A stretch of 64,000 nucleotides of DNA from Isurus oxyrinchus (lineage: Eukaryota), in assembly GCA_026770705.1 (NCBI GenBank), contig JANJGN010000026.1, forward strand, positions 7,254,001-7,318,000, written 5' to 3'. Position numbers and translations under genes: made by a program. This document shows, one piece after another, positions 49,501-61,500 of this stretch. Below the pieces are notes generated by a model. The model saw only the letters and a program-made list of their open reading frames with translations. It had not been told where the DNA came from and searched no databases. The stretch's first letter is position 1, and each line of letters starts with the position of its first letter.

Positions 49501-52500
49501 GGGGTGGGATACAGTGACTGAGGGGCTTGTGATGCAATGACTGAGGGGCTTGGGATGCAGTGACTGAGGGGGGTGGGGTGCAGTGAGAAGGGGAGTGGGA
49601 TGCAGTGACAGAAGGGAGTTGGTTGCGATGACAGAGGGGAGTGGGATGCAGTGAAGGAGGGGAGTGGGCTGCAGTGACAGAGTTGAATGCGGTGCAGTGA
49701 CAAGTGGAGTGGGATGCAGTGACTGAAGGGAGTTGGATGCAGTTACAGAGGGGAGTATGATGCAGTGAAGGAATGGAGTGGGATGCAGTGAAGGAGGTGG
49801 GTTGGATGCAGTGACGGAGGTTCTGGGACGCAGCGGTGGAGGGGGTGGGATGCAGTGACTGAGGGGGTGTGCTGCAGTGACTGAGGGGGGTGGGATGCAG
49901 TGACAGAGGGGGTGGAATGCAGTGACTGAGGGGGTGGGGTGCAATGAATGAGGTGGGTGGGATGCAGTGACAGAGGGAAGTTGGGTGCAGTGAGAAGGGC
50001 AGTGGGATGCAGTGATAGAAGGGAGTTGGTTGCAGTGACAGAGGGGTGTGGGATGAAGTGAAAGAGGGGAGTCGATGCAGTGACAGAAGCGAGTGGGATG
50101 CGCTGACAGAGGGGTGTGCGGTGCAGTGACAGAGGGGAGTGGGATGCAGTGAAGGAGGGGGTGTAATGCAGTGACTGAGGTGCGTGGGATTCAATGAATG
50201 AGGGGGTTGGGCTGCAGAGACAGAGGGGTTTGGGATGCAGTGACGAATTGTAGTGGGATACAGTGAGATAGGGGAGGGATGCTGTGACTGAGGGGGTGGG
50301 ATGCAGTGACTGAGGGGCTTGGGATGCAGTGACTGAGGTGCGTGGGATTCAATGAATGAGGGGGTTGGGCTGCAGTGACTGAGGGGGGTGGGGTGTAGTG
50401 AGAAGGGGAGTGGGATGCAGTGACGGAAGGGAGTTGGTTGCGATGACAGAGGGGAGTGGGTTGCAGTGAATGAGTGGAGTGGGATGCAGTGACAGAAGGA
50501 AGTTGGTTGCGATGACAGACAGGAGTGGGATGCAGTGACAGAGGGGAGAGGGATGCAGTGACACAGTTGAATGCGGTGCAGTGACAAGTGACGTGGGATG
50601 CAGTGATAGAAGGGAGTTGGTTGCAGTGACAGCGGGGTGTGGGATGAAGTGAAAGAGGGGAGTCGATGCAGTGACAGAAGCGAGTGGCATGCGCTGACAG
50701 AGGGGAGTGCAGTGCAGTGACAGAGCGAAGTGGGGTTCAGTGACTAAGTGGGTTGTGATGGAGTGTCAGAGAGGGGAGGGATGCATTGACTGAGGGGTTT
50801 GGGATGCAGCGACTGATGGGGGTAGGTTACAGTGACTGAGGGGGGTGGAATTCAGTGATAAAGGGCGGTGGGATGCAGTGACTGAGGGGGTGGGGGGCAG
50901 TGACTGAGGGGGTGGGGTGCAGTGACAGAGGGGGGTGGGATGCAGTGACAGAGGGAGGTGGGGTGCAGTGAGAGGGGCAGTGGGAGGCAGTGATAGAAGG
51001 GAGTTGGTTGCAGTGACAGAGGGGTGTGGGATGAAGTGAAACAGGGGAGTTGATGCTGTGACAGAAGCGAATGGGATGCGCTGACAGAGGGGAGTGCGGT
51101 GCAGTGACAGAGGGAAGTGGGATGCAGTGAAGGAGGGGCTGGGATGCAGCGGTGGAGGGGGTGGGATGCAGTGACAGAGGGGGCTGCAATGTAATGATGG
51201 AAAGAAGTGCGTGAAGTGACAGAGGCTGTTGAGAGGCAGTGACAGAGGGGGGTGGGATACAGTGAAAGAGGGTAGTGGAATGCAGTGACAGAGGGGAGTG
51301 GGATGCAATGACTGACTGGAATGGGATGCAGTGACAGAGGGAAGTGGGATGCAGTGACAGAGGGGGTGGGATGCAGTGACTGAGGTGGGTGGGATGCAGA
51401 TACAGAGGAGGGCGGCTGCAGTGACAAAGGGGGGTGGGATGCAGTGAGAGAGGGAAGTGGGAGGCAGTGACAGAGGCGTGTGGGGTTCAGTGACACAGGG
51501 GTGTGATATGGAGTGACAGAGGTGAGTGGGGGTTCAGTGACAAGGGGAGTGGGATGCAGGGACAGATGGGATTGGATACAGTGACAGAGGGGAGTGGGAT
51601 TCAGTGACAGATAGGGTTGGGATGCAGTGACGGGGTGGTGTGGGGATGCGGTAACGGACGACGGTGGGATACAGTGACAGAGTGGAGTGGGCTGCAGTGA
51701 CAGAGGAAGTGGGCTGCAGTGACAGAGGCGAGTGGGGTTCAGTGAGTGAGGAGGTTAGGATGTAATGACTGAGGGGCTTGGGATGCAGTGACTGATGGGG
51801 TGGGGATGCAGTGACTGAGGGGCTTGGGATGCAGTGACTGAGGGGGTGGGGATGCAGTGACTGAGGGGCTTGGGATGCAGTGACTGAGGGGGTGGGGATG
51901 CAGTGACTGAGAGGGGTGGGGTGCAGTGAGATGGGGAGTGGGATGCAGTGACGGAAGGGAGTTTGTTCCGGTGACATAGAGGGCTGGGATGCAGTGAAAG
52001 AGGGTAGTGGGAGGACGTGATGGGGGGCTGGGATGCAGAGGCGGAGGGGGGTGGGATGCAGTGATGGAAAGAATTGGGTTGAAGTGGCAGACGGTGTTGA
52101 GAGGCAGTGACGGAGGGGGGTGGGATAGAGTGAAAGAGGGTAATGGAATGCAGTGACTGAGGGGAGTGGGATGCAGTGACGGAAAGAATTGGGTTGAAGT
52201 GACAGACGGTGTTGAGAGGCAGTGACGGAGGGGGGTGGGATAGAGTGAAAGAGGGTAATGGAATACAGTGACAGAGGGAAGTCCGATGCAGTGACAAAAG
52301 CGAGTGGGGTTCAGTGACTCAGGGGGTTGGGAAGCAGTGACAGAGGGTGGTGGGATACAGTGACAGATCATGTGGGATGCAGTGACAAAGTGGGGAGGGA
52401 TGCACTGACTGAGGGGCTTGGGATGCAGTGACTGAGGGAGGTGGGATTCAGTGACTGAGGGAGGTGAAATGCAGTGACAGAGGCAGAGGGAGGCCGTGAC

Positions 52501-55500
52501 AGAGAGGGGTAGGATGCAGTGCAAGAGGTGGGGGTGGGATGCATGACTGAGGTGGGTGGGATGCAGTTACAGAGGCAGGTCGGCTTTAGTGACAGAGGGG
52601 TTAGAAAGCAGTGACAGAGGCACATGTGATGCATTGACAGAGGTAAGTAGGATGCAGTGACAGAGGCGTGTGGGGTTCAGTGACAAGGGGATTGGGATGC
52701 AGTGACAGAGGGGGCTGGGATGCAGTGACAAAGTGGGGTGGGATACAGTGAGATAGGGGAGGGATGCAGTGACTGAGGGGCTTGGGATGCAGTGACTGAG
52801 GGGCTTGGGATGCAGTGACTGAGGGGGGTGGGGTGCAGTGAGAAGGGGAGTGGGATGCAGTGACTGAAGTGAGTTGGTTGCGATGACAGAGGGGAGTGGG
52901 ATGCAGTGAAGGAGGGGAGTGGGATGCAGTGACAGAGTTGAATGCGGTGCAGTGACAAGTGGAGTTGGATGCAGTGACAGAGGGGAGTGGGGTGTAGTGA
53001 CAGAGGGGAGTGGGATGCAGTGACAGGGTTGAATGCGGTGCAGTGACAAGTGGAGTGGGATGTAGTGATTGAAGGGAGTTGGATGCAGTGACAGAGGGGA
53101 GTAGGATGCAGTGAAGGAAGGGAGTGGGATGCAGTGAAGGAGCGGGGTTGGATGCAGTGACGGAGGGTCTGGGATGCAGCGGTGGAGGGTGTGGGATGCA
53201 GTGACAGAGGGGGCTGGGATGCAGTGACGGAAAGTAGTGGGTTGAAGAGACAGAGGGTGTTGAGAGGCAGTGACAGAAGGGAGTTGGATGCACCGACAGA
53301 GGGCAGTGAGATGCAGTGAAGGAGGGGGGGGATGCAATGACTGGGGGTTGGGATGCATTGGTGGAGGGGGGTGGTATGCAGTAAACGAGTGCGTGGGATG
53401 CAGTGACGGAGCGGGGTGGGATGCAGTGACATAGGGGGGTGTGATACTGCGTCAGAGGGGAGAGGGTTGCACTGACAGATGAAGTGGCATGCAGTGACTG
53501 GGGGGAGTGGGATGCAGTGACTGAGGGGGTGGGGTGCAGTGAATGAGGTGGGTGGGATGCAGTGACAGAGGGAAGTGGGGTGCAGTGAGAAGGGCAGTGG
53601 GATGCAGTGATAGAAGAGAGTTGGTTGCAGTGACAGAGGGGTGTGGGATGAAGTGAAAGAGGGGAGTCGATGCAGTGACAGAAGCGAATGGGATGCGCTG
53701 ACAGAGGGGAGTGCGGTGCAGAGACAGAGGGAAGTGGGATGCAGTGAAGGGGGCTGGGATTCAGCGGCGGAGGGGGGTAGGATGCAGTGACAGAGGGGGC
53801 TGGGATGCAGTGGCGGAGGGGCTGGGATGCAGTGATGGGGGGCTGGGATGCAGCGGCAGAGGGGAGTGGGCTGCAGTGACAGAGGAAGTGGGCTGCAGTG
53901 ACAGAGGCGAGTGGGGTTCAGTGAGTGATGAGGTTAGGATGTAGTGACTGAGGGGCTTGGGATGCAGTGACTGATGACGTGGGATGCTGTGACAAAGTGG
54001 GAAGGGATGCACTGACTGAGGGGCTTGGGATGCAGTGACTGAGGGGGGTGGGATTCAGTGACTGAGGGAGGTGAGATGCAGTGACAGAGGGCAGAGGGAG
54101 GCTGTGACAGAGAGGGGTGGGATGCAGTGCAAGAGGGGGGGTGGGATGCATGACTGAGGTGGGTGGGATGCAGTTAACAGAGGCAGGTCGGCTTTAGTGA
54201 CAGAGGGGTTAGAAAGCCGTCACAGAGGCACATGTGATGCATTGACAGAGGGAAGTGGGATGCAGAGACAGAGGCGTGTGGGGTTCAGTGACAAAGGGAG
54301 TGGGATGCAGTGACAGAGGAGGCTGGGATGCAGTGACGAAGTGGGGTGGGATACAGTGAGATAGGGGAGGGATGCAGTGACTGAGGGGCTTGGGATGCAG
54401 TGACTGAGGGGCTTGGGATACAGTGACTGAGGGGGGTGGGGTGCAGTGAGAAGGGGAGTGGGATGCAGTGACGGAAGGGAGTTGGTTGCGATGACAGAGG
54501 GGAGTGGGATGCACGGATAGAGTTGAATGCGGTGCAGTGACAAGTGGAGTGGGATGCAGTGACTGAAGGGAGTTGGATGCAGTGACAGAGCGGAGTAGGA
54601 TGCAGTGAAGGAAGGGAGTGGGATGCAGTGAAGGAGGGGGGTTGGATGCAGTGAAGTGGGGTCTGGGATGCAGCGGTGGAGGGGGTGTGATGCAGTGACA
54701 GAGGGGGCTGGGATGCAGTGACGGGAAGTATTGGGTTGAAGAGACAGAGTGTGTTGAGAGGCAGTGACAGAAGGGAGTTGGATGCACCGACAGAGGGCAG
54801 TGAGATGCAGTGAAGGAGGGGGGGATGCAATGACTGGGGGTTGGGATGCATTGGTGGACGGGGGTGGTATGTAGTAACAGAGTGCGTGGGATGCAGTGAC
54901 GGAGGGGGGTGGGATGCAGTGACATAGGGGGGTGGGATACTGTGGCAGAGGGGAGAGGGTTGCACTGACAGATGAAGTGGCATGCAGTGACTGAGGGGGG
55001 TGGGATGCAGTGACAGAGGGGGACGAATGCAGTGACTGAAGGAGTGGGGTGCAGTGAATGAGGTGGGTGGGATGCAGTGACAGAGGGAAGTGGGGTGCAG
55101 TAAGAAGGGCAGTGGGATGCAGTGATAGAAGGGAGTTGGTTGCAGTGACAGAGGGGTGTGGGAGAAGTGAAAGAGGGGAGTCGATGCACTGACAGAAGCG
55201 AGTGGGATGCGCTGACAGAGGGGAGTGCGGTGCAGTGACAGAGGGAAGTGGGATGCAGTGAAGGAGGGGGTGGGATGCAGTGGCGGAGGGGTGTAGGAAG
55301 CAGTGACAGAGGGGGGTGGTATGCAGTGAAGGAGGGGATGGGATGCAGTGACTGAAGGGCGTGGGATTCAATGACTGAGGGGGTTGGGATGCAGTGACAG
55401 AGGGGGTGGGATGCAGTGACTGAGGGGGGTGGGGTGCAGTGAGAAAGGGAGTGGGATGCAGTGACGGAAGGGAGTTTGGTGCAGTGACAGAGGAGAGAGT

Positions 55501-58500
55501 GATGCAGTGACTGAGGGGCTTGGGATGCTGTGACTGAGGCGCTTGGGATGCAGTGACTGAGGGGGGTGGTGTGCAGTGAGAAAGGGAGTGGGATGCGGTG
55601 ACAGAGGAGAGTGGGATGCAGTGACGGAAAGTAGTGGGTTGAAGAGACAGAGGGTGTTGAGAGGCAGTGACGGAGGGGGGTGGGATACCGTGAAAGAAGG
55701 TAGTGGAATGCAGTTACTGAAGGGAGTGGGATGCAGTGACTGAATGGAATGGGATGCAGTGACAGAGGCCAGTGGGGTTCAGTGACTAAGGGGGTTGGGA
55801 TGGAGTGTCAGAGAGGGGAGGGATGCATTGACAGAGGGGCCTGGGATGCAGTGACTGATGGGGGTAGGTTGCAGTGACTGAGGGGGGTGGAATCCAGTGA
55901 TAAAGGGCAGTGGGATGCAGAACTGAGGGGCTTGAGATGCAGTGACTGAGGGGGTGGGGTGCAGTGAATGAGGTGAGTGGGATGCAGTGACAGAGGGAAG
56001 TGGGGTGCAGTGAGAAGGGCAGTGGGATGCAGTGATACAAGGGAGTTGGTTGCAGTGACAGAGGGGTGTGGGATGAAGTGAAAGAGGGGAGTCGATGCAG
56101 TGACAGAAGCGAGTGGGATGCGCTGACAGAGGGGAGTGCGGTGCAGTGACAGAGGGAAGAGGGATGCAGTGAAGGAGGGGGTGGGATGCAGCAGCGGAGG
56201 GGGGTAGGATGCAGTGACAGAGGGGGCTGGGATGCAGTGAAGGAGGTGGTGGGATGCAGTGACGCGGCTGGGTGGGATGCAGTGACAGAGGGGGCTGGGA
56301 TGCAGTGACGGAAAGAAATGGGTTGAGGTGACAGAGGGTGTTGAGAGGCAGTGACGGAGGGGGTTGGTGTGCAGTGAGAAGGGGAGTGGGATGAAGTGAC
56401 AGAGGGGGCTGGGATGCAGTGGCGGAGGAGCTGGGATGCAGTGACGGGGGCTGGGATGCAGCGGCGGAGGGGGGTGGGATGCAGTGAAAGAGGGTAGTGG
56501 AATGCAGTGACAGAGGGGGGTGGGATGCAATGACTGACTGGAATGGGATGCAGTGACAGAGGGAAGTGGGATGCAGTGACAGAGGTGAGTGGGGTTCAGT
56601 GACTAAGAGAGTTGGGATGCAGTGACTCAGCATGTGGGATGCAGTGACAGAGGGGAGTGGGATGTACTGACTGAGGGGCTTGGGATGCAGTGACAGAGGG
56701 GGGTGGGATGCAGTGACTGAGGTGGGTGGGATGCAGATACAGAGAAGGGCGACTGCAGTGACAAAGGGGGGTGGGATGCAGAGAGAGAGGGGGGTGGGGT
56801 TCAGTGAATGAGGAGGTTGGGATGCAGTGACTGAGGGGGGTGGGAGGCAGTGACAGAGGCGTCTGGCGTTCAGTGACACAGGGGTGTGATATGCAGTGAC
56901 AGAGGGGAGTGGGGTTCAGTGACAAGGGGAGTGGGATGCATTGACAGATGGGATTGGATACAGTGACAGAGGGGAGTGGGATTCAATGACATACAGGGTT
57001 GGAATGCAGTGACGGGGTGGTCTGGAGATGCGGTAACTGACAGGGGTGGCATACAGTGACAGAGGGGAGTGGGCTGCAGTGACAGAGGAAGTGGGCTGCA
57101 GTGACAGAGGAAGTGGGCTGCAGTGACAGAGGCGAGTGGGGTTCAGTGAGTGAGGAGGTTGGGATGCAGTGACTGAGGGGGTGGGGATGCAGTGAAGGAG
57201 GGGGTGGGATGCAGTGACTGAGGGGCGTGGGATTCAATGACTGAGGGGGTTGGAATACAGTGACTGAGGGGGGTGGGGTGCAGGGAGAAAGGGAGTGGGA
57301 TGCAGTGACGGAAGGGAGTTGGGATGCAGTGACAGAGGGGACAGTGATGCAGTGACAGAGGGGAGTGGGATGCAGTGACAGAGTTGAGTGCGGTGCAGTG
57401 ACAAGCGGAGTGGGATGCAGTGACTGAAGGGAGTTGGATGCAGTGACAGAGGAGAGTACGATGCAGTGAAGGAGGGGGTGGGGATGCAGTGACTGAGGGG
57501 CTTGGGATGCAGTTCCTGATGGGCTTGGGATGCAGTGACTGAGGGGGGTGGGGTGCAGTTAGAAAGGTAGTGGGATGCAGTGTCGGAAGAGAGTTGGTTG
57601 CAATGACAGACGGGAGTGGGATGCAGTGACAGAGTTGAATGCGGTGCAGTGACAAGTGGAGTGGGATGCAGTGACAGAAGGGAGTTGGATGCAATGACAG
57701 AGGGGTGTAGGATGCAGTGACTGAGGAGGGTGGGATGCAGTGACTGAGGGGGTGGGGATGCAGTGACGGAGGGGGTGGGGTGCAGTGAATGAGGTGGGTG
57801 GGATGCAGTGACAGAGGGAAGTGGGGTGCAGTGAGAAGGGCAGTGGGATGCAGTGATAGAAGGGAGTTGGTTGCAGTGACAGAGGGGTGTGGGATGAAGT
57901 GAAAGAGGGGAGTTGATGCAGTGACAGAAGCGAGTGGGATGCGCTGACAGAGGGGAGTGCGGTGCAGTGACAGAGGGAAGTGGGATGCAGTGACTGAGGG
58001 GGTGGGGATGCAGTGACTGAGGGGCTTGGGATGCAGTGACTGAGGGGGTGGGGATGCAGTGAAGGAGGGGGTGGGATGCAGTGACTGAGGGGCGTGGGAT
58101 TCAATGACTGAGGGGGTTGGGATGCAGTGACTGAGGAAGGTGGGGTGCAGTGAGAAAGGGAGTGGGATGCAGTGACGGAAGGGAGTTGGAATGCAGTGAC
58201 AGATGGGATTGGATACAGTGGCAGAAGGGAGTGGGATTCAGGAACAGACAGAGTTGGGATGCAGTGACGCGGTGGTCTGGAGATGCGGTAATGGACGGGG
58301 GTGGTATACAGTGACAGAGGGGAGTGGGCTGCAGTGACAGAGGAAGTGGGCTGCAGTGACAGATGAAGTGGGCTGCAGTGACAGAGACGAGTGGGGTTCA
58401 GTGAGTGAGGAGGTTGGCATGCAGTGACTGAGGGGCTTGGGATGCAGTGACTGAGGGGGTGGGGATGCAGTAACTGAGGGGCTTGGGATGCAGTGACTGA

Positions 58501-61500
58501 GGGGGTGGAGATGCAGTGACTGAGGGGGGTGTGGTGCAGTGAGAAGGGGAGTGGGATGCAGTGACGGAAGGGATGTCGTTCCGGTGACATAGAGTGGTGG
58601 GATGCAGTGAAAGAGGGTAGTGGGAGGACGTGATGGGGGGCTGGGATGCAGAGGTGGAGGGGGGTGGGATGCAGTGACAGAGGGGGCTGGGATGCAGTGA
58701 CGGAAAGAATTGGGTTGAAGTGACAGACGGTGTTGAGAGGCAGTGACAGAGGGAGGTGGGATATAGTGAAAGAGGGTAATGGAATGCAGTGACTGAGGGG
58801 AGTGGGATGCAGTGACAAAAGCGAGTGGGGTTCAGTGACTCAGGGGGTTGGGATGCAGTGACAGAGGGGGTGGGATGCAATGACTGAGCGGGTGGGGTGC
58901 AGTGAATGAGGTGGGTGGGATGCAGTGACAGAGGGAAGTGGGGTGCAGTGAGTAGGGCAGTGGGATGCAGTGATACAAGGGAGTTGGTTGCAGTGACAGC
59001 GGGGTGTGGGAAAAGTGAAAGAGGGGAGTCGATGCAGTGACAGAAGCGAGTGGGATGCGCTGACAGAGGGGAGTGCGGTGCAGTGACACAGGGAAGTGGG
59101 ATGCAGTGAAGCAGGGGGTGGGATGCAGTGGCGGAGGGGGGTAGGATGCAGTGAAGGAGGGGGTGGGATGCAGTGACGGGGGGCTGGGATGCAGCGGCGG
59201 AGGGTGGTAGGATTCATTGACAGAGGGGGCTGGGATGCAATGATGGAAAGAAGTGCGTGAAGTGACAGAGGCTGTTGAGAGGCAGTGACGGAGGGGGGTG
59301 GGATACAGTGAAAGAGGGTAGTGGAATGCAGTGACAGAGGGGAGTGGGATGCAATGACTGACTGGAATTGGATGCAGTGACAGAGGGAAGTGGGATGCAG
59401 TGACAGAGGGGGCTGGGATGCAGTGACGAAGTGGGGTGGGATACAGTGAGATAGGGGAGGGATGCAGTGACTGAGGGGCTTGGGATGCAGTGGCTGAGGG
59501 GGGTGGGGTGCAGTGAGAAGGGGAGTGGGATGCAGTGACGGAAGGGAATTGGTTGCGATGACAGAGGGGAGTGGGATGCAATGAATGAGGGGAGTGGGCT
59601 GCAGTGACAGAGTTGAATGCGGTGCAGTGACAAGTGGAGCGGGATGCAGTGACAGAGTTGAATGCAGTGCAGTGACAAGTGGAGTGGGATGCACTGACTG
59701 AAGGGAGTTGGATGCAGTGACAGAGGGGAGTAGGATGCAGTGAAGGAAGGGAGTGGGATGCAGTGAAGGAGGTGGGTTGGATGCAGTGACGGAGGGTCTG
59801 GGACGCAGCGGTGGAGGGTGTGGGATGCAGTTACAGAGGGGGCTGGGATGCAGTGACGGAAAGTAGTGGGTTGAAGAGACAGAGTGTGTTTTGAGGCAGT
59901 GACAGAAGGGAGTTGGATGCACCGACAGAGGGCAGTGAGATGCAGTGAAGGAGGGGGGGATGCAATGACTGGGGGTTGGGATGCATTGGTGGAGGGGGGT
60001 GGTATGCAGTAACAGAGTGCGTGGGATGCAGTGATGGAGGATGGTGGGATGCAGTGACAAAGGGGGGTGGGATACTGCGGCAGAGGGGAGAGGGTTACAC
60101 TGACAGATGAAGTGGCATGCAGTGACTGAGGGGGGTGGGATGCAGTGACTGAGGGGGGTGGGATGCAGTGACTGAGGGGTGTGGGATTCAGTTACTGAGG
60201 GGGTTGGGATTCAGTGATAGAGGGCGGTGGGATGCGTGACAGAGGGAAGTGGGGTGCAGTGAGAAGGGCAGTGGGATGCAGTAATAGAAGGGAGTTGGTT
60301 GCAGTGACAGAGGAGTGTGGGAAGAAGTGAAAGAGGGGAGTCGATGCAGTGACAGAAGCGAGTGGATGCGCTGACAGAGGGGTGTGCGGTGCAGTGACAG
60401 AGGGAAGTGGGATGCAGTGAAGGAGGGGGCTGGGATGCAGCGGTGGAGGGGGGTAGGATGCAGTGACGGAGGGCTGGATGCAGCGGTGGAGGGTGCTAGG
60501 ATGCCGTGAAGGAGGGGGTGGGATGCAGTGGCGGAGGGGGCTGGGATGCTGTGAAGGAGGGGGTGGGATGCAGTGACAGGGGTCTGGGATGTGGCGGCGC
60601 AGGGTGGTAGGATGCAGTGACAGAGGGGGCTGCAATGTAATGATGGAAAGAAGTGCGTGAAGTGACAGAGGGTGTTGAGAGGCAGTGACGGAGGGGGTGG
60701 GATACAGTGAAAGAGTGTAATGGAATGCAGTGACAGAGGGGTGTGGGATGCAGTGACAGCAGGAAGTGGGATGCAGTGACTGACTGGAGTGGGATGCAGT
60801 GACAGAGGGAAGTGGAATGCAGTGACAGAGGCGAGTGGGGTTCAGTGACTAAGAGAGTTGGGATGCAGTGACTGAGGGGCTTGGGATGCAGTGACAGAGG
60901 GAAGTGGGATGTAGTGACTGAGGGGCTTGGGATGCAGTGACTGATGGGGGTGGGATGCAGTGACTGAGGCAGGTGGAATGCAGTGACACAGAGGGGTGGG
61001 AGGCAGTGACAGTGCCGTGTGGGGTTCAGTGACAAGGGGAGTGGGATGCAGTAAGAGAGGGGCTTGGGATGCAGTGCCTGAGGGGGGTGGGAGGCAGTGA
61101 TAGAGGCATGTGGGGTTCAATGACAAGGGGCGTGGGATGCAGTGAGAGAGGGTAGGAGCATGCAGTGACAGAGGGGAGTGGGGGTTCAATGACAAGGGGA
61201 GTGGGATGCAGTCAGATGGGATTGGATACAGTGACAGAGGGGAGTGGGATTCAGTGACAGACAGGGTTGGGATGCAGTGACGGGGTGGTGTGGAGATGCG
61301 GTAATGGAGGGGGGTGGCATACAGTGAGAGAGGGGATTGGGATGCAGTGAGAGGAAGTGGGCTGCAGTGACAGAGGCTAGTGGGATTCAGTGAGTGAGGA
61401 GGTTGGGATGCAGTGACTGAGGGGCTTGGTATGCAGTGACTGAGGGGGTGGGGATGCAGTGACTGAGGGGGTGGGGTGCAGTGAGAAGGAGAGTGGGATG